A stretch of DNA of 38,636 nt from positions 1-38,636 of IMG/VR virus record IMGVR_UViG_3300049144_000125; one strand, given 5' to 3'. Below are positions 15,757 through 26,400 of this stretch, in pieces (within the stretch, counting starts at the first letter, position 1; each line of letters begins with the position of its first letter). The stretch comes from a virus. Its lineage: Duplodnaviria > Caudoviricetes. Below the pieces are notes generated by a model that was not told the DNA's origin, ran no database searches, and saw only the letters and a program-made list of their open reading frames with translations. A program made the position numbers and the translations under genes.

Positions 15757-18357
15757 TCAGCCAGTTTTGGCTTCCAATAGCGCAACTCGTTCTTCTAATT
15801 CAGCGAGCCGGCTTGTTAATGATTCAGTAAAAGTTGCAAAATCAGTTAATTGTTGCTGTTGTGTTTCAACCTTTTCTGATAATCTTTGTATCTCAGAGGC
15901 TTGCGTTGCCGCTGTTTCTGTTAAGCTTTGTATCTTGGCATCAAGTGTTTTTAGAATTTCATTTACTTGCTGAAGACCTCGCCATGCAAAAGAGGTCATT
16001 ACGTATTGATCAATCCCATCACCATTTATAACTTGTTGAGGAGTCCTCCATTCACCGCCGATGACCAATCCATATTTTCGTATTTCCCTACCCTGTTCGA
16101 TATCCCCATTTAGGAAATAAGAAGCAAGGTCGGACTCACAAATAACAGAAAGTGCATCCTCTTCCCACAGTACAATGTCTGATTTAGATTCAATTCGTGA
16201 CCCATTGGAAAATGAGGCTGCAGTAACATCACGGTAAACTGGACCAGCACTTGCCAATCCTCGACTTGTTACCCGAAGCCCTAAATCCGTACCGATATAA
16301 GCATACAAATCAGGATCAGCTGTTAAGAATGTCCCGAAATATCCATTCGCCCTAACATTTCGATAAATGTCAGTTAATCCTTTATTAACTACTCGTAATT
16401 CATCATTTGTACCAATATAAGCATTTTGTGTCTGTGTAATAAATGCTGTACCAAAAATATTACCTGCATACAAAGGGCGATATATTGGATTTAAACTACC
16501 TTCCGCAGTCCCTTTCGCAACCACGTGCAAAGCGCTATTTGTACCAATCCAGGCGCTTTCTGTTGTTGTGATAAATGCTGAACCATAAATAGCAGCTGCG
16601 CGTAAATCACGATAAATTACCGAACCATCTTCCTGCCTGAATCCACTGGATGTTATTCTTAGTTCGCCTTCCGTGCCTATATATCCGTTTGCCCCTGGGC
16701 CAAATCTAAGTCCTTGCGCTCTAATTGGCCTATAAGTATAATTCTCCGCTACCCCATCTGAAGGTATGCTAGCGACATCAACTACACGAACCTCATTATT
16801 AGAATCCGGAGCTAAATAAACATTTGAGTTACTCGTACCCAAAGCCGCACTAGTCACCAATCCTCTATCTGCTTTGAATGTAGTTTCTCCTGCACTGTTA
16901 ATACCATAAAGACCATCAGGATTAACGGTTACTCTTCTGCTATTACGTGACAGTATCATATTCCCGCCTTCAACATAAAACTCTGTCCCTTTATCAGCAG
17001 AACGAAAGATACTCCCTATGATTTCAACACCTTCAATAAGGATTGCACGTAATGTACCTGTGGTGATCGCATCAGCAACAATCCCTTCAAATGTCATTGC
17101 AGTTTTATACGTTTTACCGCCATCACGACTAAAACCAATTCCATCCGTATTAAAACGCATATAGCCATTCGGATTGCTTTGGTTGATTCCGATGATTTCC
17201 CCAGCAAGATATTTAAATAGACTGTCCTGATTACCATTTATAATCTCCGCAGCTCGTTTGACTGCTTCTGGGAGCCAAATGTATTGCAATGGTTTTCGGC
17301 CTGTAATAATGTCTCGGAAATCACTTATACTGTCATATTGTTGTGTTTTATACCTAGATGCAATCCCTTCATTCCCAAGCACATACTGAGCATTAATTTT
17401 ATTGCCTTCCCAATCGAAAGACTCATCCACTTCCATCACTCGGACTTGCTGGTTCAAATTGAGCCGGTACACATACAGCCAAACGCGATCCCCTTCTTCA
17501 AATACCATTTCCGGATAGCCATTATTCGTAAGGTCCACAGCATCAACCTCAGTTGAAACAGAATAGCTATTTTCCACCTGTTCTTTTACTGCAGCTGTTA
17601 AGCTGTCAGCTAACTTGTAGTTTCCGTCTTTTATGGCTGGACCTTCAATTTCACCAAACTTAGCAATCAATGGTGAGCGATATTCAACTTCCAACTGATA
17701 CTCTGGATCATCCTCGCCATTACTTTCAGGTAAATCGCCAAAACCTTTTGCCCAGGTGTGGAAACCACTAGCATCCACATCCATCCGAACACTGTTCACA
17801 TTAAGGTCTTCATGTAGGATAACATCTTTGTCATATCCCACAAGTTTATAAATATTAACGACCTTTCCTTGGACCTTAAATTCTGCATTAAAGCGATCAA
17901 TACCATATAAAAATCTTGCTGTTTTACTCTCGTTATCTTCGAAAGTCATTGTGTTGGCGGCAAAAGCATCGACTAATACGAAACTGTATGGAGTGCCGGC
18001 AAAAACTTCATTGAAAAAAGTCCCCGGTGTATATGATTTATTCTCAACTTTGTCCTGCATGTAGTAACCGTTTAAATCCACAAAGAAGCTCAGGATAGCA
18101 GTAACACCAACGGCAAAAAAATCCCCATCTGTGGAGTATCCCGGATTTGTGATTGTGTACCATTCACCATCAAATAAAATCTTCCAACCAAATTCTAATT
18201 GCCCCATGAAATCTTTATTGATTTCTGTGTATAAAAAAGACAACGATATTTCACGTTGTCCATTCACTCTTCTTTTTCGATTCACTTCAGCAATTGCAGG
18301 ATATTCATGACCTATTAAATCTTTTAGAAATACAGCAGTTTGTCCGATATTGTACAA
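15757..18357 (-). CDS. Tal-like tail (endopeptidase/spike) protein with internal repeats and C-terminal S74-like intramolecular chaperone
   Basis: N-terminal prophage tail domain, GIGFSRDGGKTYKTAMT..GIVADAITTG motif, YR..RA...IGT repeats, SRIESKSDI...KYGLVI...DGIDQY chaperone-like tail plus coiled coil. Confidence 0.88.
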   Translation of the reverse strand: MYNIGQTAVFLKDLIGHEYPAIAEVNRKRRVNGQREISLSFLYTEINKDFMGQLEFGWKILFDGEWYTITNPGYSTDGDFFAVGVTAILSFFVDLNGYYMQDKVENKSYTPGTFFNEVFAGTPYSFVLVDAFAANTMTFEDNESKTARFLYGIDRFNAEFKVQGKVVNIYKLVGYDKDVILHEDLNVNSVRMDVDASGFHTWAKGFGDLPESNGEDDPEYQLEVEYRSPLIAKFGEIEGPAIKDGNYKLADSLTAAVKEQVENSYSVSTEVDAVDLTNNGYPEMVFEEGDRVWLYVYRLNLNQQVRVMEVDESFDWEGNKINAQYVLGNEGIASRYKTQQYDSISDFRDIITGRKPLQYIWLPEAVKRAAEIINGNQDSLFKYLAGEIIGINQSNPNGYMRFNTDGIGFSRDGGKTYKTAMTFEGIVADAITTGTLRAILIEGVEIIGSIFRSADKGTEFYVEGGNMILSRNSRRVTVNPDGLYGINSAGETTFKADRGLVTSAALGTSNSNVYLAPDSNNEVRVVDVASIPSDGVAENYTYRPIRAQGLRFGPGANGYIGTEGELRITSSGFRQEDGSVIYRDLRAAAIYGSAFITTTESAWIGTNSALHVVAKGTAEGSLNPIYRPLYAGNIFGTAFITQTQNAYIGTNDELRVVNKGLTDIYRNVRANGYFGTFLTADPDLYAYIGTDLGLRVTSRGLASAGPVYRDVTAASFSNGSRIESKSDIVLWEEDALSVICESDLASYFLNGDIEQGREIRKYGLVIGGEWRTPQQVINGDGIDQYVMTSFAWRGLQQVNEILKTLDAKIQSLTETAATQASEIQRLSEKVETQQQQLTDFATFTESLTSRLAELEERVALLEAKTG

Positions 18358-18534
18358 AATATCCCCCCCATAAACATAAAAAAAAACACCGCAAAAGGTT
18401 GTTTTTTTTATCTACCGCACAGTTTGTTCCTACACAGTTCAATTCGTGATTGAACATTTTCACCTCAAAAAATTCAGATATCAAAATTTATACATTTACT
18501 GGTATAATTGTTGATATCTGAAAGGAGATGCAAT

Positions 18535-19146
18535 ATGCAATACACTCAATCTTACGATGAATTAATTGAACATTTAAAAGATCAAATTTATTTCCTTAAA
18601 AACTCATGCACTTCATATGATAATGGATTCAAAAAAGAAGCAAAAAGATTAGCTGTAACTATCCGAACACTCGTTCATGATACTACAAGATCAATAAGTT
18701 TACTAACTCACTTATCCAGAAAAAATATTGATTTTTATAATACATCACTACCTTTTGACGAAGAAAATCTATCACCTTTTACAGGATTAACTGGTATACG
18801 CTCGTCGTCTGAAGGTATAGAACATTGGCCTTTTTTAGATGATGGACATCCAAGTCGATATGCTAATCCTTGGATAAAATTTGATGATTGGTGGAACAGT
18901 GTAGTAATTAATGACCATAAGAATCAGTTTACAAGAAAAAAATTAGTTTTAGCTGTAGCTAACCAAGATGGTGGTGCACATGTTGATTCTAAACTTGACC
19001 ATGGGTATTCAAATTTAACTAAAAACAACTCCGTTTCTTGGACGTATGAAGAACCAATAAATCAAATAGAACTAGCTTCTCTAAGACAAATTGCACATGA
19101 AGTTTTAAAAACACTTGAAAAAGAATTTCCGTCATTAACTAACTAA
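18535..19146 (+). CDS. Hypothetical moron protein with ANQDGGAHVD motif (possibly HEPN-like)
   Basis: Extended -10 TGGTATAAT (18500-18508), RBS AAAGGAG, ATG 18535; opposite strand to the tail genes. Confidence 0.75.
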   Translation: MQYTQSYDELIEHLKDQIYFLKNSCTSYDNGFKKEAKRLAVTIRTLVHDTTRSISLLTHLSRKNIDFYNTSLPFDEENLSPFTGLTGIRSSSEGIEHWPFLDDGHPSRYANPWIKFDDWWNSVVINDHKNQFTRKKLVLAVANQDGGAHVDSKLDHGYSNLTKNNSVSWTYEEPINQIELASLRQIAHEVLKTLEKEFPSLTN

Positions 19147-19350
19147 AAGGAGCCTCAATATAGGGCTATGTCTTTTTGTTAATCAAGTATAAAAAATATA
19201 TCTCATTGCTACACAATATGTTCCGAATGAGGAATACCCCTACGATTTTCCTAGATAGGTCACCTTCTTTAATAAGATTGTTATTGACGCACCATTTATT
19301 AACATTTAACCTATATATATCAAACATATATTCTGAAGGGACGTAGTACT

Positions 19351-20412
19351 TTGAAAAGACAATTAGATTCAATTGAAACATTAAGGGGAATAGCAGCAAT
19401 ATTAGTATTATTACATCACACTACTAGGATTTTTGTTAAGGATTATAATACAGAATTCTTGCATGGTTTTTTTAATCCAGGGTATTTAGGTGTTGATGTT
19501 TTCTTTGTTCTAAGTGGGTTTATCATCTTTTACATACACAAATCCGATATTGGTAAACCAGATAAACTAAAACCTTTCGTTTTAAAACGAGTTATTAGAG
19601 TCTACCCAGTTTATTGGATAATTGCACTTACCTTAATACCTATTTATCTGGCAGTTCCGTCATTTGGAGAACCACACTACAGCGACCCTGTTTATTTAAT
19701 TAAGTCTCTACTATTAATACCTCAAGAACTCCAACCTATATTAGGGGTTGCTTGGTCTTTAACACACGAAATGTTTTTTTACTTAGTTTTTGCACTTTTA
19801 ATTTTCATAAAACCTAAGTACACTTTCCCAGTAGTCGTTTCTTGGATGTTAATAACTTTTGTCATGCTTTTTATAAACCCTTTTGAAGAATTCTTATTTA
19901 TAAACTTTATTTTTAGTGAGTATAATATTGAATTTTTATTAGGTTGTAGTGTTGCTTATATTTTTTCAAAAAGAAAAATTTCAGGATCACTTCCATTAAC
20001 AATAGGTATAATAAGCTTTTTTACTTTTTGGGTTTTAAATGAATATTTCTCCTTCGAAATTAGTCGAATTATCATGGGTGGACTTCCTGCTGCATTAATG
20101 ATTTTAGGCTGTGCTAATTTAGATTTTACAAGAAAGCCAAATATTAGCCCTATATTTAAATATCTTGGTAGTGCCTCATATTCCATTTATTTGACCCATC
20201 CTATCTTTTTGGCTGCTTCTGTAAAGATTGTAGGTCCATTAAATTTATTTAACCTTTTAGGGATTTTTACGATACCTGTTATAGCGTTACTTGCTATTGT
20301 TGCCGGATGTATCTTCCACTCTATCATTGAAAAGCCAATTTTGAATTACTGCAGAAAAAGGTTTCTTCCTTCAAGAAAAACCACACATCACGAGACAAAA
20401 GCAGTAATATAA
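19351..20412 (+). CDS. Acyltransferase family 3 (OafA/YrhL-like O-acyltransferase)
   Basis: LRGIAAILVLLHH, GVDVFFVLSGFII, KRVIRVYPVYW, AWSLTHEMFFY, LGSASYSIYLTH, IEKP; about 10 TM. Confidence 0.95.
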   Translation: MKRQLDSIETLRGIAAILVLLHHTTRIFVKDYNTEFLHGFFNPGYLGVDVFFVLSGFIIFYIHKSDIGKPDKLKPFVLKRVIRVYPVYWIIALTLIPIYLAVPSFGEPHYSDPVYLIKSLLLIPQELQPILGVAWSLTHEMFFYLVFALLIFIKPKYTFPVVVSWMLITFVMLFINPFEEFLFINFIFSEYNIEFLLGCSVAYIFSKRKISGSLPLTIGIISFFTFWVLNEYFSFEISRIIMGGLPAALMILGCANLDFTRKPNISPIFKYLGSASYSIYLTHPIFLAASVKIVGPLNLFNLLGIFTIPVIALLAIVAGCIFHSIIEKPILNYCRKRFLPSRKTTHHETKAVI

Positions 20413-20424
20413 CTTAGATTAAAT

Positions 20425-20466
20425 ACAAATAACAAACCCTTACAAGGATTTGTTATTTGTTTTTTT
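20425..20466 (+). terminator. Terminator between convergent acyltransferase and tail gene
   Basis: ACAAATAACAAA-C-CCT-TACA-AGG-A-TTTGTTATTTGT then T-run. Confidence 0.75.
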
Positions 20467-20498
20467 ATTGAAGATAATTCGTTCTCCTCATTTTCATT

Positions 20499-22610
20499 TT
20501 AAGCCACAACTTGTTCCAAAATATTTGTGATTTTATTTTTAAGTACTTGCCTATTGGAATTAGAAACATTATCTTTCAGTATCGCATTTGTAATATTAGT
20601 ACCTGTATCTAACACTTGAAACATGTATGAGATCGTACCTGTTCCTTCAGATTGTAGTAAATTATCCCTTAGTTTAAGGAATTTATAATTACTATTTAAT
20701 ATGCTCACACTTATCGCTTCCGATATATTATTAACCTGCGCAACATTAATCATACGATTATCTGAAATGTCCAAAAGATTAATAACAGCTAAGTCAGTTC
20801 CGTAATTTTTAACTCGAATCGGGTAACCATCAAGATCACTAATATCATTGTCTTTTAAAGTGATTCGTTTCGTCAGTAACCCAGGGGACACAAGAATACC
20901 GTTTAAAAACTTAGAAATTTCATTATTAGAAATATCTACATTCACCGAATTAAAAACTTGAATTCCCACTATATTTGATTTTACAGAAACAGGTGTAAGT
21001 GAATTACCTTTAACCTTCAAACTTGACAACGAATTTATTACATTAATTCCGTGCTCTGTTGAATTATCTGTAATAGAAATTTTCTTAACTTTATCTATAT
21101 AAATACTCTCAGAATTTGTATTTTTAATTACATTATTACTTACTGTTGAATCCTCACTATAAACTACTCCGTCAATAGAATTAACCCTTACACCATTTTC
21201 GACTTGCAACCCCGTCTTATTTCCACCTTCAAGTATATTCCCTTGTACAATGGATTTCTTAATGCTTTGAATAGCGATCAAAGAGGTTCCATCGGGCCTC
21301 CATTCATTAATTCTTAGAACAGTGTTATTAATTACTTTCGCAAATGATGGAAATATTGATGAATGACTCATTACTTTTATTCCATCTTTCCCAGAATCTA
21401 CGGCTGTATTTCCACTGAATATAACATGATCTGTTCCTTCAGTCTTCATTGCTGTATCAGACATATTTGATACATCGTTACGATAAATATATGCCTTTTG
21501 CCCCTTAGTAACTAAAACTCCAATACCTCCCTTGATTGGATTTGCTCCGGCATTGCCAATCCCTACTATTCTATTTCTTCCGATGTGAGAAAACACGCAA
21601 TCCTTTACTTCGATACCGTGAAACTGTCCGTTTTCAATAACGTTACCACTGATATGGACATTATTACTATTTAATACCTGTATCGCAATGCTTGGATAAT
21701 TTGAAATTTCGCATTCTTTTATGGTAACTTTTTTGGTAATATTTTTAACTTCTATTCCATGAATATAGTTAGTCCAATCTGCAAAACCGCGATAAGACCA
21801 ATTACCGTCCATAATAAGTCCATTTAGCACAAATCTTTCTAGACCATCTACTTTAAAAAGTGATTTTCCTGTTGGAAAAGAATTACCCGCTTTAAAGTTA
21901 GCGCCCTTTGAAATAGTTAAGACCAACTTTTTCCCCGTATTCTTCAGTATTTGGTCGTTAATCATATAATCACCGTCGGGAACGTCAACAAATGTGGCAT
22001 TTTGAAATGCATTTTGAAATGCGTTTGTCCAGTCGCCATTAATAACTAAATTATCATATTCCTTAACGCTAACCTTATCACCGTGCTTTTTCACAGTATC
22101 CGCCAACTGTGTGGTAACTGTTTCTAATTCAGATCGGGCTTGAGCATCCACACCAGTTCCGTTTTCCCTAAGATCAATAAGGATTCCCTCAGCATCAGAA
22201 ATAGCTTGAGTGATGGACTGCCAGTCGTTTTTACTCTCCTCAGTTGTATTATCTAGGATTCCCTTTGCAACCGAATATGAAAACCTGCCCGTTACCGCGA
22301 CTTTATCAGCATCAAAATAGATCATAACTTCTGCAATATATACACCAGATATGATAAAAGCTTGAGTATTAAGGACAACTTCACATGATCCTTTTGTTGG
22401 ATCTGTAATTGTACAATCTTGAAAGACTGTTTTTTTATCCGGTTTTACAATTGCGATGCGAACGGTAGCACCTGTTAAGTCAATGGGTTTATTCAATTGG
22501 TTAATTGTAAGCGATAGCTTCAATGTATTTAAGTCATTAGAGTTTACAACAATGTTGTTTAATTTTGATTTTTGGGCAGTATCAACTATTACCGGAAAAT
22601 TCTTAAACAA
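20499..22610 (-). CDS. BppU (DUF2479)-domain baseplate protein with right-handed beta-helix (pectate-lyase-like, putative depolymerase/RBP)
   Basis: N-terminal PIDLTGATVRIAIVKPDKK (BppU), DWTNAFQNA...VDVPDGDY beta-helix cap, Asn-rich I.GN.I repeats; RBS AAAGGAGG before TTG 22610. Confidence 0.87.
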   Translation of the reverse strand: MFKNFPVIVDTAQKSKLNNIVVNSNDLNTLKLSLTINQLNKPIDLTGATVRIAIVKPDKKTVFQDCTITDPTKGSCEVVLNTQAFIISGVYIAEVMIYFDADKVAVTGRFSYSVAKGILDNTTEESKNDWQSITQAISDAEGILIDLRENGTGVDAQARSELETVTTQLADTVKKHGDKVSVKEYDNLVINGDWTNAFQNAFQNATFVDVPDGDYMINDQILKNTGKKLVLTISKGANFKAGNSFPTGKSLFKVDGLERFVLNGLIMDGNWSYRGFADWTNYIHGIEVKNITKKVTIKECEISNYPSIAIQVLNSNNVHISGNVIENGQFHGIEVKDCVFSHIGRNRIVGIGNAGANPIKGGIGVLVTKGQKAYIYRNDVSNMSDTAMKTEGTDHVIFSGNTAVDSGKDGIKVMSHSSIFPSFAKVINNTVLRINEWRPDGTSLIAIQSIKKSIVQGNILEGGNKTGLQVENGVRVNSIDGVVYSEDSTVSNNVIKNTNSESIYIDKVKKISITDNSTEHGINVINSLSSLKVKGNSLTPVSVKSNIVGIQVFNSVNVDISNNEISKFLNGILVSPGLLTKRITLKDNDISDLDGYPIRVKNYGTDLAVINLLDISDNRMINVAQVNNISEAISVSILNSNYKFLKLRDNLLQSEGTGTISYMFQVLDTGTNITNAILKDNVSNSNRQVLKNKITNILEQVVA

Positions 22611-22628
22611 TCCTTTTCCTCCTTTCAA

Positions 22629-23477
22629 TTAATCAAATTTAAAACGGAAACCAAAGGTAATCGTATAGTTTGTTAACCCCTCCATGGTGAACATGTTATC
22701 TCCTGGTAACAAGTTCAGAAAATAACGGTTAGTCCGTTCCATAATTGGGGTACTGTTCATAGTCATGTAATGTCCGTTTAGGGTAATTTTATTTCCGGAA
22801 ACCAAGGACCAATTTGAAGCTTTTGATGGGTTATACTCAAAATATCTGCCCGTAGCATCATACAATTTGAAGCTGGTTACAGCTTGCTTTATATCAATTG
22901 TAATAATGCAATTATCTTTTTCCTGGATGGTCTTAATCGGCACTGTGCCAGCATTAAAGATATCGAAGGAAGTTTTATTACTGTGTTGATAGGTCAATTT
23001 ATCAAAATCAATATCCAACTCAAACGCAAGGTCTTCTGGAAATTCTGTTGTTTTATATCGGCTAATCCAATAAGGCTGCCCGATAATTTTTAGTGGTATG
23101 GTAACTGTGGCGAATGTCCTTAGATTCTCTGGTCTTTCAAACTGATAAGATTCAACCACACATACTTTCAACATTTTATAACTCTGTTGTTCTTCTGCTA
23201 CATAAAAAGGGCCTAAGCGTTTAAAGAACGCATAGACCTGATCTCTTTTTACTCGATAATCTAATGTATTTTCTACCTTGAGTCTAGCTCGTAAGTTTAC
23301 TTCTCGATCACTGTCTCGAAATCCAGTGATGATGCTTCCAGGCAAGCCCGGAATGGAGTGTTCTGTCACCTCTTGTGCTGTGGAAGATATCTCGAAATCA
23401 AGACCTCGTAACCCATATCCCCAAGCATCGGTCGGAAGGGGTACTGGATTAAAATTCTCATCATATATCTGAAACAT
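22629..23477 (-). CDS. Distal tail protein (Dit, Sipho_tail family)
   Basis: 282 aa directly after TMP; IPGLPG, IFNAGTVP, LLPGDN motifs. Confidence 0.85.
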   Translation of the reverse strand: MFQIYDENFNPVPLPTDAWGYGLRGLDFEISSTAQEVTEHSIPGLPGSIITGFRDSDREVNLRARLKVENTLDYRVKRDQVYAFFKRLGPFYVAEEQQSYKMLKVCVVESYQFERPENLRTFATVTIPLKIIGQPYWISRYKTTEFPEDLAFELDIDFDKLTYQHSNKTSFDIFNAGTVPIKTIQEKDNCIITIDIKQAVTSFKLYDATGRYFEYNPSKASNWSLVSGNKITLNGHYMTMNSTPIMERTNRYFLNLLPGDNMFTMEGLTNYTITFGFRFKFD

Positions 23478-26400
23478 TAATACGCCCCCCTTCCGCTATA
23501 AATTGCATGTTTAATTGATTGTTTTGCATCATGACGGTCATATGCCCGACCAATATCGCCCTCTGAGATTACAGGCTTTCGTTCGATATTCTGACTGCTT
23601 TGCAAAAGGGCCATTAGAATTCTATTTTGCTCCAGCACCGCCTGTAGTAACCCGTCATTATTGTTGTTGTTATTACCCACATTAGGCAACTGGTGAGGAC
23701 GCTTATTACCTTGTATGTCTTTACCAGCCAAAGCAAGAAGTTTCATCGCATCTGTTCTCCGGCTTGGGTCAGTCGGAATAACCCATTCTGGCCAACCTCC
23801 TTCAGCCAAATTATAGAGACCATCATTCTTGACGAGTCCACCTGTTTCGAATTTCCTTCCACCTCTTGGACTCCACCCTCGTTTACCGTAAGGCAAGTCC
23901 CTGCGCCATGTTTTATTGTTGAAAAAAGCTAACAGTTGGTCGTAACCAGAATAAATATTATTGTGTCTCTTCATCTTATAAGCGTTGAATGTTTGCGGAA
24001 TGTATTGGAGTAACCCTCGCGCTGGATTTCCTGCAGCAGTATTGACATCCCATACAGCAGATGATTGTACAATCTTTTCATTACCGCCTGATTCCCTTTG
24101 AATCTGTTTCAAGATACCGTTGACTTCCGCATTTGATATGGATTCTTTCATTACGGCAGCAGCACGTTTGATTACAGGTCTCCATCTAGCAATACCTTTA
24201 CCTGCTGGTGATACATCACCACCGCCACCTTCTCCTGCTTCATTGAATAGCATTGACTTACCAGCTTCGATAGCTTTCTTTACTGAGCCTTTCGCTAGTT
24301 CCATTGGTATTCCAGAAAGACTACCCATTCCATATGATGAAATTTTATTTGCTAGTAATTTACCTATGGAAGCTTTATCCTTTACCCAATCCCAGATATC
24401 CGCTCCCCAATCTTTAACTTTACTAAAGGCATTTTTAGTACCAGAAATGACATTGTCTAACCATCCACCTGAGCCATTTTTGTATGCTGGTACATTACCA
24501 TCGAAAAGTTGTGACGTTTTATCACCTGATAATACTTCCGTTCCTTTAGGTAGGTTTACTAAAGTATCACGATTCGGTGACATGAACATTTTTCCGTTTG
24601 GTAAAGAAACTAACTCATGTTTGTTACCATCACCGATTCTAGCAAGACCACCTTTATGTCCACCATTTGGTGTACCTGTAGCATATTGTGGAACTTCCCA
24701 ATTGCCAAGTCTCTTTTTAGACCCTAACTTTTTAAGAATCCAATCTACACCATCAAGAGCTTTGTTTACACCCCAACCGACTCCACCAATCAATCCATTA
24801 CCCATTTTTTTAGCACCATTAGAAAGGGCGGTTTTACCTTTAGCTATTCCGTCGGCCATTTTTTGCGGCATATCTTTCACAGTTTTGACCATATCCGAAA
24901 CATACCCACCGACATTCTTTTTAATCGCTTTGAATATGTCTGATATATTTGATTTCAAACCATTAAAACGTTCTAAGGTATTTTTCACCGCATTTTTAAC
25001 GGGGGTATAAACAGCATCTTTGATAGAATCCCAAATGGTTTTTGTTAGATCACGAACTCCAGTGAAGATTGTTTGTATTGTATCTTTTAGAGTTGTAAAA
25101 CGATTTTTCACTAAATCAAAAATAGATTTCATTATTGATACGAAAAATTTATAGATACCATTCCAAATGGTGGAGATAAATTTCGCAATTGTGGACATTA
25201 TCGTATTCGTTGTATTTTCCATGGAAGTAAACTGTTTCTTCACAAAGTCCACAATCCAATTGATAACTGTAGAAAATATATTATTTATACTAGCCCACGA
25301 ATTCTTAAATGCACTTACTAACAGTTTACCTAGCGACAAAATCCCTTTGAGCATATTTCCCCAAAACATTAATTGCATAAAGTTCCAAATGAAATCCAAG
25401 GACCCTAAGAACACTTGCTTAATACCTTCCCACATCTTCGCAAAATCCCCTGTCAACAGTCCAGAAAACACTTTAACTAATCCCATGATAATGTTTAATG
25501 CCCCTGAGATTACACCTTTGATATTCTCCCAAACAGATTGGATAATAAGCTGTATTAAAGGCATAGAGAATTTGATTACCTCGACAATGGCTGTAAATAC
25601 AACTTGGATGACCTTGCCTATATTTGATAAGGCATCCATGATTACCTGACCATTTGAGTCCCAGAATTTTTGCAAAGTAACCAGTTGATCTTTAAAGAAT
25701 TTAACAACTGCTTGAATCGCTGGTTGGATTGCTTTTAGCGCATTCTGAGCAAGTTCTTTTATTTTTCCAAGCATATTGTGGACAGCGTTACGGAAAGTCT
25801 CAGAATTTTTATAGAGTAATATAAATCCAGTACCTAATAAGGTGAGTACACCTATCACTATCCCAACTGGTCCTGTGAGTGCGACCAAACCTAACCTTAA
25901 CCACTTCAACAATCCTCCTGCTTTTGCTATGGTAGGAAAAAGTGTACTAAGTCCTGTTAGGAAACTCCCTAAGAAGCCTATGAACAACCCGCCAACGGCA
26001 AGTAAAGGCCCTAAACCAGCTAAAAGTAAGCCTAAAACAACAATTACCTTTTGAGTAGCCGGTGTAATATCTAAAAATTTTTGAACCAGCCCTTGTGTAA
26101 ATTCAGTTAGACTTTTAATTCCAGGAGTAAGAATCGTCCCAACCTTTATACCCGCAGTTTCTATAGCTCCCTGGAGCCCGTCTAATGCTCCTTTTAAATT
26201 TTCCTTCATGATAGCTGAGGCTTTCTCTGAAGCTCCACCACTATTTTCAAGTGCTTTGGTCATCTTATCTATTTCATCTGGACCAGCTTTCATAAGAGAA
26301 AGCATTCCTGAAACCGCCTCTGTACCGACAAGACTTGCAAGGGTTGCGGCCTTCTGTGTTTCTGTTTGACCTTCCATTGATTCAGATAGGTTTGTTATAA

